The notes beneath the pieces were generated by a model. That model did no database searches and was not told the origin of the DNA. It saw only the letters and a list, made by a program, of their open reading frames with translations. DNA of 64,000 nt from Antechinus flavipes (taxonomy: Eukaryota). The number at the start of each line of letters is the position of its first letter. Position 1 is the stretch's first letter. The stretch lies in contig NC_067400.1 of NCBI RefSeq assembly GCF_016432865.1, positions 442,680,001 through 442,744,000 of the forward strand, in the 5' to 3' direction. This document shows positions 1-12,170 of the stretch, in pieces. A program made the position numbers and the translations under genes.

Positions 1-235
1 ATATAGTTTGGCATTTCTTTTTCCTGTAGTTGAAAACTCTCACTCAGCATCATAGAAATCATCATCCATACTAGATCTGTAGAGGAAGAGGTTTTCTCTA
101 GGGCTTAAGACTCCCAAAATCACAATCACTATCATTGAAAACCATATATATTTAGTTGTTATATTTTGATTGTTAATTTGATTGTTAAATTCCTTGCTTA
201 TGGGACTTCAAGAAGAAGATATAAAGCTCCCTCTG

Positions 236-714
236 GACTGGTGAGACTTACATGAACTGATGCTAAGTGAAATGAGCAGAACCAGGAGATCATTATATAC
301 CTCAACAATGATACTATTTGAGGATGTAGTCTATGGAAGTGGATCTCTTCGATAAAGAGAGCTAATTCAGTTTCAATTGATCAGTGATGGACAGAAACAG
401 CTACACCCAAAGAAAGAACACTGGGAAATGAATATAAACTGTTTGCATTTTTGTTTTTCTTCCCGGCTTATTTATACCTTCTGAATCCAATTCTCCCTGT
501 GCAATAAGAGAACTGTTCATTTCTGCACACGTATATTGTATCTAGGATATACTGTAACCTATTTAACATGTATAGGACTGCTTGCCATCTGGGGGAGGGG
601 ATAGAGGGAGGGAGGCGAAAAATCGGAACAGAAGTGAATGCAAGGGACAATGCTGTAAAAAATTACCCTGGCATGGGTTCTGTCAATAAAAAGTTATTTA
701 AATAAATAAATAAA
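236..714 (+). mobile_element. 5'-truncated L1 3' end (last ORF2 codons + 3'UTR + A-rich tail) with 15-bp TSD
   Basis: ATAAAGCTCCCTCTG at 221-235 and 715-729. Body starts GACTGGTGAGACTTACATGAACTGATGCT, contains a G-rich tract and ends AATAAAAAGTTATT plus A tail. About 93% identical by eye to the copy at 21395. Confidence 0.92.
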
Positions 715-964
715 ATAAAGCTCCCTCTGCTTCCCTGCTTAGTAAAGATGATGACATGTAATGAGACTCCTGAAATAAAGTTCTTATCTTGATGAGAGTT
801 GGGAGAACCATAACTTTCAAAGGCAGTTCTGGTGAATTCCTAACTCTTACAAATCCTACTACACCAGGAAAATCTTCAAATCTACATATAGTAACAAATT
901 ATATGCCTATTGTCCAAACACAACTCTAATTCAGAGAGTAGGTATTTGGTACAAAGATGGATAC

Positions 965-970
<6 letters not shown>

Positions 971-1000
<30 letters not shown>
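971..1000. repeat. (TG)15 microsatellite
   Basis: Direct reading of the sequence. Confidence 0.97.
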
Positions 1001-1004
<4 letters not shown>

Positions 1005-1109
1005 ATATACATGCATACACACACACACACATATTTGGAGGAAAGTGGTAATAAAAATGCCAAAAAATACAAAATGACTCTTTTGCCCTTAAGCAACTCT
1101 TGTAGATAA

Positions 1110-1250
1110 CATTTACTTTTCCTATTTACATGTAAATACAGTTTTTAACATTTTTAAAAATTTGAATTCCAAAATCTCTCCCCCACCCTTCCCTCCTTCC
1201 TTCTTCTTGATTTAGCAAACAATTTGACATGTTATACATGTACAATTGAA
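1110..1250 (-). mobile_element. Old L1 3'UTR terminal fragment
   Basis: T-rich start and CCCCACCCTTCCCTCC tract, the reverse complement of a marsupial L1 3' end. Confidence 0.6.
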
Positions 1251-1559
1251 GCAATCTTAGTAAGAAGCCCTAAAAAAACAAAGTTTTAAAATGCTTTATA
1301 AATATACAAATACTCTCTCATACAATCAATATTCAAGGACCAATGAGCGGGCTTACTTCTAAGAAAAACTGATCAATAGGCATATTGACATTCATACTAC
1401 ATATAAGACAAGATGATATGAAGCAGTTACAGATAAAGGGATTTGATAGATCACAGATTTTCCTGTACAGAAGAATAAAGAAGTGAAATGATCAGGTAAC
1501 CAAAAGCAATCAAAAACTTGTTATATATGGAATACTTGATCACATCTCATTTTAGTATT

Positions 1560-2160
1560 TAAAATGATTTAAACAAACAGTCCCTGATAAACAATAATAC
1601 AATTTACACACTGAAGTAAGAGAAATTTATAATTTGACCATTGGTGAATTAATAAGAAAGTGGATATTGAGAAAGACAGCAAAAAAATGAAGTTGCAGAC
1701 TATTGCTTTTGAGAAATAATGAAAGAGACTAGAGAGAACTCAAAAACATCCCAGATGTGTTCACTATAAACATTTTATTAAAGAAGAAAGTAAGAAGGCA
1801 CTGGATGAAACAAACACTGAATGACACAATAAAAAATGGAACAAACAAGGAAAGTTACCAGTTACAAAGAAGTCATTTCAGAGTCAGCTGTCTATTTGCA
1901 GTCAGACTACCATCTGGTAAAAGCAGATGTTACAGTTAATACCAGATTAGAAGAAAAGATAAAGATAAAAAAAGAAAAGTATTACATAGGATTATAGCAG
2001 CTCTAACCCAACTGGTTTCAACAATCTATCAATTTTGAAAAATGGGAAATGGATAAAAGTAAAGGCAATGACTCTGAGTCTAACCATTTCCTAGTGAAAA
2101 TTTACTGATACAAAATCAGCCACAATGAGGAATTCAAAAGAGCCAAAAGTCTGCAAAAAG
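1560..2160 (+). mobile_element. Degenerate RTE-clade LINE, endonuclease/linker region
   Basis: From 1902 the sequence reads SDYHLVKADVTVNTRLEEK, resembling the SDHRLV motif at the end of RTE AP-endonuclease domains. Many stops; boundaries approximate. Confidence 0.55.
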
Positions 2161-2689
2161 ATTGGCATGCAGTATAGTTAAACCCAATTAGCCAAAGAAT
2201 ATTTATAGATACAACTGGGGGGAAAAAACTTATTTGGAAAAGCAATATAATTTTACATTTATGATTTTCATACACAACAATTTCATAAATTATCACATCT
2301 GTATGCTGTTACCTTAATGCTAAAGGTACTACATGAAGTACCAAAGATTATACTTGATTGTGATTGTACTAGAACATATGTAAGCAAAAGTAATCTGTTG
2401 GAAGAGAAATTATTTTAAGGGATTTAGGAACCAATTTTCAAAATTCTTCAAAAAAGGGAAATTTTCTAAAGAAAACATAAAATATTTTAAATGTCACTTT
2501 ACAAAAAAAAAAAAAAGAAAGGAAAATGACAAGATATTATCATAGAGCAAAAAATAGCAATTTTTACACATGGGACAAGAGACAAAAAAAATACTTACTG
2601 GGATAAAGAAGACAAAAACATTGAGACATTAACTCAAGGATGGAATTTAGTTTTACAGGTCACTTAATAACTTCTATCTTGTCCAATCT

Positions 2690-2750
2690 AATTCAACTAG
2701 CATTTATTTTGTGCTTATATTCTAATGGAAGGATACAACACATAAATATA

Positions 2751-2796
<46 letters not shown>

Positions 2797-3330
2797 TGTG
2801 TGTGTGTTTTCCATTTTAATATGGAAAGATAGCACCAACAACTAGAAGGATCAAGAAAGGCTTTTCGCAAGAAATGGCTGCTGAGCTTAACCTGGAAAGA
2901 AAGGTCCCAAATAATGAAGGGGAGGAAGCAGTAAATTCCAGGTATGTTGGACAGCCAGTGTCAAAGGGCAAGAGGGTTCAGGGAAGAGTAAAGATGATTA
3001 TTTCTCTAGAACTAAGATTAAATAAAGGGAAATAATATGAAACTGCCCTAGAAAGAGAGAGTGAAGCCAAACACTAATGGGCTTAAATGTCAAAAGGAAT
3101 TTTTATTTTGTCCTTATTTAGTGACTATGAAGTCAATAAAGGTTAATGAGCAGGGCAGTAACATGGACTGACTTGTACTTTAGGAAGGTTATTCCAGCAA
3201 CTGCAGGGAGGTTAGATTGTAAACAGAAGAGATCAGAAAGCGGGAGTCCAATTAGGAAGCTATTGCAAAAGTACAGGAAAGAGATAATAAGGGGCTGGAC
3301 TAGAGGGATAGCCTTTTAGGTAAAGAATAT
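2690..3330 (-). mobile_element. L2 3' fragment interrupted by a (TG)n repeat
   Basis: CATTTATT tail motif followed by purine-rich sequence typical of reverse-complemented L2. Confidence 0.6.
2754..2807. repeat. (TG)n microsatellite
   Basis: Direct reading of the sequence. Confidence 0.97.
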
Positions 3331-4169
3331 TTGGCAGGAAAAAGTTTGAATTTAGTGGGTATAATCTTGAGTATCCTCCCCTCTTAAAAGATAAGAAAAC
3401 TTGTTTTGCTTTACTATGCACATTTATTACAAATAATTTCTTTTCTTTTTGATGTGTTAGAAGGTGGGAAACAGAGAAAATATATTTTTGGTTTTGGTTG
3501 TCTTTTTAAAAAATTAATGTTGTTTTTATAAATGTTGTTATGCCATTTCAGATAAGGTCATTGTATTATTAGTTTTACTTAGTTGTTTTACCTTATTAGG
3601 AAACAACTTACAAAGTAGGAATTAATCTGAAAGTGTATGTAATATGAAAACACAACACAGCAAAGAGAGAGGTAAGAAAGTAGCTTTTTCTCCTGAGCCA
3701 ATCATGTCTCAAGAATAACAATATAGAAAGACAAATGATAGATGTACTTCTAGTCCAATATCCCTCAGAGACTGCAGAGTAGAACAGCCTTGTGGTCTTT
3801 TCTCCTGTGCCTCTCAAGACAGGAATCACAGCTTCTCTTGGAGAAAAATGGACAAGACTCCAGAGATATTTTTCAATGCCTCCTGTGAGCGACATTCAGC
3901 TAATGCATGCATATATATGTATATATTACAATGGAAGCACACAGGTTATACATATATGTAAGATTACATTATTAGGGAGAACCTTCCTATTGAGAATGGG
4001 ACTACCTTTACTTTACTTCTTAGAGCCCTAGGGTGACTGTCCAAGACTGTAAGTTGGAAAGAAAGGAAATAAATCACTAAGAGATTCCTTTCCCCATGAA
4101 ATAATAGGTCCAGGTTTGAGGTTGTTTTTTGTTGTTGTTGTTTGTTTGTTTGTTTTTTAAGTGAGGCTT

Positions 4170-4680
4170 CTACTAACTGCAGATGACACAATACTAATGG
4201 CATTAAACCTCCAAAGACAAAAAAAAAAAACCTTCACAGAAAAATCCACAGTAATGTAAAATAATTTTGTCTAACTAACCATCCACACAGGAAAAACAAA
4301 GCATGAAAAATGCATGTCGGCCAGATTATGAGTGCAGCTGAATGGGCAGCCCATCAAAGTATTACATTCATATGAATATCTCAGACAAGCACAGCAGATG
4401 AATAATGAGATGGGTCTAAAATGGAGTGAGAGGAAGAAATTGAACTAGATCACATTCAGGAAACTGTGTAGTGCTTCCAATGATTCCAAACTGCCTGTCA
4501 ATATATAAAGCCCATCTCTAACAGCAATGTTTCTCTGGGGGTACTACATGGTTACAAATCATTAAACACAATGACCTCCAAAGAATCAGAGTTACAAACG
4601 ACCTAAAGATCAAAGAAAAAGTGTATGGGGTCAGAAAAAGCTTGTAACATATTACCAGGGATAATTTTCAATCCAGAAAC
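4170..4680 (+). mobile_element. Degenerate RTE-clade LINE, RT C-terminal region
   Basis: 4176-4187 encodes TADD (the YADD catalytic position). It is followed by IHTGKTK and QLNGQPIKVLHSYEYL, matching the RTE pattern GLxINxxKTK...YxYLG. Confidence 0.7.
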
Positions 4681-5769
4681 AGCATAAAAGTAATTACTCA
4701 ATATGTCTAAAAGTGAACTCATCTTTTCCTCAAAAGATTTCCCTCTTCCTAACTTTCCTTTTATTGTCAAGGACCCCACCAAAATTGCTAGTTAGAAGCC
4801 TAGAAGAGCCAAAAAAGAATAAGAAAATAAACAATTTTGGCTTAACTTCCAAGCCCACTTCTAACTGCCCTCTTAAAAGGAAAATTAAACACTTGATTAT
4901 TTATTTCTTCTTTGTCAATACTAAGAACCAAATTCAGACCAGAAAGGTTTTAGAGTGACTAAACCAATGATCACCAATGAACATCATGTATTTCATAAGA
5001 TAACTTGATAGATAAAGTTCTTTTGGATAAATGGAAGATAATTTTTTCTTTGTCAGTATATTTATTTAGTTCTTATTCCTCCTATCAAGTCATTGCCTAA
5101 TAGCTCTATAATTGGCATAACCTAGCATCAGCCTACTTTGGCTACAAAATAAATATACTCCTTCTAAAGTCCATTATTAAACTGCTTTCCTTCTCAAGAG
5201 TGAGAGATAAACACAGAGTAGGATCCTCAAAGGACATGACTTTGATAGTTCCAATGGAGAATTGTAGTCCACACTTAACATATTGTCACATAATCTTGCT
5301 GTTTTCAAACTATTCTCTGAGATGAACAGATGCAAATTATCAAGGAGGATGTGAAATCTCTATATCCTAAGATTCATTTGCCTGTCATTTTTGAACTGAG
5401 TCCAAAAAATTGAGACTATGGGTTGGGGGTGGATAGAAGAAACCTAATGTGTCTGCTGGCATTGCTCCAACTTCTGTATCATCAGAACTGTATAACTATA
5501 TTGCTAGTAGATTCTACAGTAACTGAAGTTGAGAGAGGAAATTTATAGTTTGTTTCAGAGAATAAGAGCATAAAGGAAGAAAAGGGCAAGGTGTGGAAGT
5601 AATGTTTGAAATAGCCAAGAAATACTAATAAAATAGCACAGGCTTGAACAACAATGAAAAATCTCATGTCTGAAGCTAAAGAAAAAAGTTGGGGTCTAAA
5701 GGAAATTAGTTAAAGGATCCATTGCAAATTTAAGTTAAGGCATTTGTTGAAAAATACAAGATTTCTACT

Positions 5770-6760
5770 AGAGTCAAATGCAAACTTGGCATTTAAAGAT
5801 TTTCAAATCTGATTTCAGCCTACCTTCACAGTCTTATTATATAGAATTCCCCTTCATACAGTCTACAATCTAGCCAATTGGCTCTTTTGCTGTTTTCTCT
5901 ATCTTTTATATAGGTTGTCTAGGCCAAAAAATCCTCCAGAACTCTCTCTACTAAAACAATTCTGTCCCCTTAGAATCCCTAATTTCCTTCAAAGTTCATC
6001 TCAAACATAACCATTTACATAAAGACTTTATGGATTCCCGAGAGGCTTGGAAAGACCTACATGGACTGATGCTAAGTGAGATGAGCAGAACCAGGAGATC
6101 ATTATACACTTCGACAACGATATTGTATGAGGATGTATTCTGATGGAAGTGGATTTCTCTGACAAAGAGACTTAACTGAGTTTCATTGGAGAAATGATGG
6201 ACAGAAACAGCTACACCCAAAGAAGGAATACTGGGAAATGAATGTGAACTATTTGCATTTTTGATTTTCTTCCCGAGTTATTTTTATCTTCTGAATCCAA
6301 TTCTCCCTGTGCAACAGGAGAACTGTTCGGTTCTGCAAATATGTATTGTATCTAGGATATACTGCAACATATTTAACATATATAGGACTGCTTGCCATCC
6401 TGGGGGGGGGGGGAGGAGGAGGGAGGGAAGGGAAAAAACGAAACATAAGTGATTGCAAGGGATAATGTCGTGTAAAAATTATCCTGGCATGGATTCTGTC
6501 AATACAAAGTTATTATTAAATAAAATAAAATTTAAATTTAAAAAAAAAAAAAGACTTTATGGATTCCCTTAGCTGCTAAGTCTCACTCCAAAAATTATCT
6601 TATATTTATAAACTTGTGTTTGCAGATATTGTTTTCCATGGACAAAATTTAAACTCTTTGAGGGCAGGTGAGGCCTTCTTTTTATTTTACTATTCCCAGC
6701 ACCTAGTGGAAGCTAGCCCATGGTACATGTTTTGTAAATATCTCTTGATTGATTGCATGA
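5770..6760 (+). mobile_element. L2 3' region, split by a younger L1 insertion
   Basis: CTTGGCATTTAAAG ... CTTTGAGGGCAGG ... TTGATTGATTG terminal pattern, continuous across the TSD at 6021/6550. Confidence 0.7.
6040..6549 (+). mobile_element. 5'-truncated L1 3' end (different subfamily from the 236 and 21395 copies) with 19-bp TSD
   Basis: AAAGACTTTATGGATTCCC at 6021-6039 and 6550-6568. Starts GAGAGGCTTGGAAAGACCTACATGG and ends in poly(A). Confidence 0.93.
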
Positions 6761-7156
6761 GCCTTTTCCAATATACAAATTACTTATCTTAGATTAAAAT
6801 ATAGTTTTTTGATACATTCAGGTATTTCAAATATGTAAACATTTATATATTTTACACATGTAAATATTAAAAAACATCCCCCCACTTAATGTGCCTGCAC
6901 TTCTTGCATGTTGTATTCTTAAGTGGCTATGTTCCCTTTTCCTTGTCTTAATTCTGGCATAGTAAGTTAGATTAATTGAAAAATAAACCTTTTTGCCTTT
7001 CTAGCTTTTTTCTTGTGATTTCCAAGTCACAAGAACCAGAATTTTGGTTCTGTAAGGGTGGGAGAATTTAATAGTATGCTGAAGAAGCTTTGATAAGCCA
7101 GTGTTAAACTTTCACTGTAAGCCTTTATAACCTGAAAATTAATTTTTCAGCAAGTC

Positions 7157-7320
7157 CAACTCTTTGTGATCCCAATTAGGGTTTTCCTTTACAAAGATAC
7201 TGGAGTAGTTTGCCATTTCCTTCTCCAGTTCATTTTACAGATGAGGAAACTGAGACAAACAGGTTATAGTGACTTGCCCAGGTTGTATCTGAAGTCAAAT
7301 TTAGACTCTGGTCTGCCTGT
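7157..7320 (-). mobile_element. MAR1-like marsupial CORE-SINE
   Basis: GATACTGGAGTAGTTTGCCATTTCCTTCTCCAG plus CORE motif CATTTTACAGATGAGGAAACTGAG. Confidence 0.8.
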
Positions 7321-7759
7321 GGAGTGTCCACCATTCTATTTACAAAGCTATAAAAGCCCCAATAATCTCTACCCTGAAAGATTTCACATTCTCCAGAAAA
7401 ATAAGATACATAAAAGTCAGTAAATATAAGGTAATGAAGTGTTGGGAAGGAGTTCAAGGAAAGATGAAGAAAGATCTTGGTTAGCATTAGTAGCCTCACC
7501 ATAATGTGATGAAATATTCAAATACTGACTAAGTTCCTACAACTGGCATATCTGATAAAAAGTTGGCTTTCTATTCAGAAAGATGTGGATTAAAATCCTT
7601 ATTCTCACAAGTACTGGTTCTATAATTCTTGGACTGTCACCTAACCTTTTAGTGTCCCAGACCACCCCCTAAAATTGTGAATTAGAGGGCAGAAATTGAG
7701 TAGTAGGAGTTCTCCATACTACTACAAATTATAACAATAATAAATACATTATTTCTACT

Positions 7760-7998
7760 AATATAGATATAATGTGTTAAGGTATTCAAAGCACTTTATA
7801 GAATTATCTCATTTGATTCTCATAATAACCCTGCAACAAGATAGGTGACATTATTATCCCCATTTTACAATTATGGAAATTGAGGTAGATTGTGTTTAAA
7901 TGACTTGGCAAGCCATTGGCTAGTATCTAAGGCTGAACTTAAACTCAGGCCTTTCTTATGCCAGAGCCATGATTCTAACCACTGCACCACCTAGTCAC
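7760..7998 (-). mobile_element. MIR SINE
   Basis: ATTATCTCATTTGATTCTCATAATAACC ... ATTATCCCCATTTTAC ... AACTCAGG ... CCACTGCACCACCTAG. Confidence 0.75.
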
Positions 7999-9999
7999 TT
8001 CTGAATTAAATTGCAGATCTGATCAAAAAGCAAATACAAAGTTTTGGAGGTGTAAAGACAAAAATGAAAAGCTTACTAAAGAGACAACATGTATACAAAG
8101 AATTATCATGCAAAATACTAAATAAAGAAAAGAGAAATCAGCCAAAGTGCTTCAGGAAAATTTGAAAAGGGAGAGAACATTACAACAGCAGGGGATTTGG
8201 AAGATTTCAAGGAAGGGCTGTCACCAGAGTATTGGAAGAAGATGTAACATTCTTCCCTACCACAGGCACTAATGAGGCTGAGATTGTGGGTTTAAACTTC
8301 TAATTGGCCAATTAACATCAAAGAGAGAAAAACTTGTTCTCCATATATAATACACCCTTATCTCAGAGATGCTATTTTGTAAATATATATATGATATACA
8401 TTTTGTCAGCAGAGGAAGGAATGTGAGACAATGTAGATGGCTTTTTGACATTCATCAATATTCATGAGTTAGTCTAATGAGAAATGAAAACACTGAATCT
8501 TAAAAATCTCATGCTATTTTGTTTTGGGTTTTTTGTGGATGTGTGTGTTTTTTGCTTTAGCTTTTTTTGGTACCAGAATCATTTAGATCAGCAACTCCTG
8601 ATTCTGGCTGAGGGTTCTTGATATTCCTCATCTTATGCAATTGTAAAAATAGAACCTTCCCCAAATCTTATTGAAGTTCTGAAATATCTTTTTGCATGCC
8701 TTTCCCTTGAATTACAGTAATCACTAGCAGATAAACAACACAGGAGTTCTGCCAGATGATCTGCGTCTGCTAACTGACAGGCACACACAGTAGCCACAAA
8801 CCTCCTTAATCCCGTACCTAATTGTGGAAAAGCCAAGGTTATCTGACTTTCTTGGATAACTGAAGCAGAGAGTAACCTTAAAAGTGGCTCTCAGTTCCTT
8901 GAAGTATTTAGAGATTGTGTTGAAGAGCTGGCCCATTCCATGCAACTGCTGCTGTAGTTAGAAATTCTCCAATGTGTTTAGTCACACATCTGTATTGTTT
9001 TCATCTTAGTTTCTGAGGGTTTTCTGATGGATTTCAATGCAGCTTAAGTTGTAAATGAGTGATTCAAAGACCTGGAAAGACATCTGGTCTCCAAATACTG
9101 ATGGCTTTAAAATTAAAATTAGGAGGCATTATTTTCTGATTGACCCACATTGAACAAGTGCTAGCTATACTTCTATAAAGTCATTAACAGAACAGATAAT
9201 ACATGTAGCATTTTTAAAACTCTTCAGACTTGTGATAAGGGCAAAAATAAAAACTGATTAAATAATTAAGGGTGGGCAGCATGGATTTTTTCACCCCCAA
9301 AAAATTACTTAGAGGAAATCTGATTGATTGATTTACATGGTGGAAGAAAGGTGACTGATTGCCACTGATAACTGATATGTAATTTATCTGCTCTTTAGAA
9401 AAGGATCCTGATTGAATGTCAAGGTAAGGACCTGCCCATGGAGTTAAATATGGTCTTGGGAATATACTTGGTTTGATATCAAACCAACCTTGGCAAAGGG
9501 ATGAAGGTGAATGTGTTGTTCAGAATAGAGAGGAATAATCAATCAAATGTCACATACTTCAATATTAAAACCTGTTTGGCTGTTCATTTGATGGATTTTA
9601 TCTTTAAATGAAAAAAAAAAACCAAAGGTGAGATAGGATGACATTTTCCGATATAAAGATAGGAAGAAATTTTCTTCGATACAAAGGAACAATAACAATC
9701 CAGTTTCCTTGCCATGGAAGAGAGATGAAGGATTAGGTCCTTTGGCACCTAGCAGTGTTTTCATATAGTATATGCACATAAGCTTGTTAAAATATTGAAA
9801 GTGGATATTAATAATAATATCAATACTAACAAGATATAAGTATTTACTCTTTGAAGTTGGCAAAGATGTCCCAAAACTCTTAGTGCAATTTTATTTGTTA
9901 AAGCTTAAAAGCAAGGCAATTACTTAGGTGATTCTCATACTTTAACAACTTTAAATTGAATTAAGACTTTTTCAGACACCCTGTATATTAGCTAATTTA

Positions 10000-10350
10000 C
10001 TCTTCAAAATAACACTATGAGATAAGTGCTAGTCATTATTATCCTAATTTTGCAAGTAAGAAAATAGATTCAAAGAGGTTGTAACTTAGTGATAGTCATA
10101 CTATTAAGTGCCAAAGAAAGGATTTGAACCTGAATCTCTGTGCAGCACTCTTTCCAAAAAGAAAGCTATTTGAAATAAAAAAGGCCACTGCATTTGGTGC
10201 AAAAACATGTGATACTGAAGCCCAGCTTTATCATTTACCACTAGCATGACTTTGGGCAAGTCATTTAACTCTGAATGTCAGTTTAACAGGCAAAGTAGAA
10301 GGGATTAATAACATGATTATTATAAAGCCTCCTCTAATTCTTAGGATTCT
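10000..10350. mobile_element. Two adjacent MIR-like SINE fragments in opposite orientations
   Basis: Minus-strand CORE at ~10000-10160 and plus-strand TGACTTTGGGCAAGTCATTTAAC at ~10250. Confidence 0.6.
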
Positions 10351-11450
10351 TTGTATCTGAAGAGCATGGTGGAGGGATCGTAAAAGTATGTGAAGAAAAA
10401 AAGTATAGGACTGGAAAGGAGGAGTGACACCAGAATGTTGAGGGCCTTGAAGTCTGGGTAATGGATTTTAACCCTTTTGTTATCATTCTCTCCTTTCTGT
10501 AATCATTTTGTATCTATTATATACCATATGCTCATAAGCATATTGTATTCTCTAGTAAAATGGAAGATCCTTAAGGATAGGATCCATTTCATCCTTGTCT
10601 TTATACTGTCAACTCCTACACAGTACCTTCCATATAAACATTTTAAAATGTTTGTTTAATTGAATCAGATGAGTAAGATTAGCATGACAACATCAGAAGG
10701 ATTAGAGGGCCAGGGAAGGGTGGAGGTAGGAAAATATTGGGAGTTTATTGAAGAAATAAATGCAAAAGATGGTGGAGATGGAATCAACAGTATATAAAAA
10801 AGGGAAGCGTCCAAACAAAAGAAATCGGGAAACTGGTGATATCAGAAAAATAATGAAATCAGAAGTTGGTACAGGTTTAGAATCAAAGATAATAAATTTT
10901 GTTGTGAAATGTTGAATTTTATATATCAGAGAGAACATCCAGATAATGATGATATATGTAAGAAGTTAGAATTGCAGGAAGGTTTGAATGTTAGAAGAGA
11001 GGTCAGGACAGGAAATAAAGATTTGGAAGTCATTAGCAAAATAGAATAGTTGAACTGATGGGAGTAAATGAGATTCATGGAAGAAAGTATAGAGAGAGAA
11101 AGGAAAAAAAAAAAAAGAGGACCTCAAACAGAGTCATGGGCCACCATAAGCTATTGAGAAGAAAAAGAGGAAACAACATTCAAAGAAGTCAGAAAAGGAA
11201 TAATTACAGGAATAGGATGAGATCAAGATGATGGGATATAGACAAAACTAAAGGAAGAGAATACAGAGAAGAAAATGGTTATCAACAGTGTCAGATATTT
11301 GAAAAGGCTTAGGAAAGATTACTATTGAAAAAAATGACACTGAATTTTGTGATTGTAAGTTTGATGACCTTTAAATAGTTTCAGTAGAGGTATGGGGACA
11401 GAAAGGGATAGAAGTATTGAGCGAATTGAGTGTTAGCAAAGTAGAGTTGT
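10350..11450 (-). mobile_element. L2 fragments
   Basis: Purine-rich reverse-complement L2 pattern (GAAATAAAGATTTGGAAGTCATTAGC, TGACCTTT...TTTCAGTAGAG). Confidence 0.55.
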
Positions 11451-11730
11451 TGGGCAAAACAACTTTTTGAGAAAGTTTGACAGTAAAAAAAAAAAAAAGA
11501 TATTAAAATAAAAAAAAAAACTTTTTTAGCAGAGTGGAATCCTGATTACATTTATTAACAGATGGGAAAGCGGTACTAAGTAAATTAAAGATCTATTAGA
11601 ATGAATTACATTACCTCCATTAGAATGTAATATCCTTAAGAATAGGAATTGTTTCATGCTTTATCTTTATATAGAGCCTAGCATGGAGTCTGGTATACAT
11701 CTGGTACTTAATAAATGTCTATCAAATGAT

Positions 11731-11879
11731 TTTTTGTTTTTTTGCTGTGGCAATTAGGATTAAGTGACTTACCCAGAGTCACACAGCTAGGAAGTGTTAA
11801 GTGTCTGAGATCACATTTGAACTCAGGTCCTCCTGACTTCAGGGCTGGTGCTCTATCCACTGCACCACCTAGCTGGCCC
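11731..11879 (-). mobile_element. WSINE1 (tRNA-derived marsupial SINE), full length
   Basis: Reverse complement reads GGGCCAGCTAGGTGGTGCAGTGGATAGAGCACCAGCCCTGAAGTCAGGAGGACCTGAGTTCAAAT...AATTGCC plus A tail, with A/B boxes. Short TSD AATGATT at 11725 and 11882. Confidence 0.92.
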
Positions 11880-12170
11880 TGAATGATTATTTCTAAAAAT
11901 AAAATTCTTGAAGGAAGAGAAGAGATGAACTCAAGGGAGCAAATAGAAGGAATCACCTTAACAAGTAGATATATCTCTTCCCCTAAGACAGTAGGAAACA
12001 TAGTACTTATAATAATATTGAGATGTTTTAAGAAGAATACGAAGGAAGCTATGTGAATTCACTTCATAAGACCTCAATTTTTTTAATGAAGTAATGACAC
12101 TCCAATCAAGTCATCTGCTATAAAAGTAAAAATTATATTATGGTTTGGGCTTAAGGAAAAAGAAGTTTTA

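Noticed and set aside
590-620. G-rich, G-quadruplex-capable tract (repeated in each L1 3' end)
   Set aside because: A known general feature of mammalian L1 3'UTRs.
8633-8945. Overlapping minus-strand ORFs in complex-looking DNA (MAFPQLGT..., MHGMGQLF...)
   Set aside because: No recognisable domain or consistent splice pair. Could be a non-coding conserved element, but I cannot support that from sequence alone.
9090-9560. Possible CR1/L3 RT fragment (CAGCATGGATTT, QHGF-like)
   Set aside because: Too degenerate to call without a profile search.
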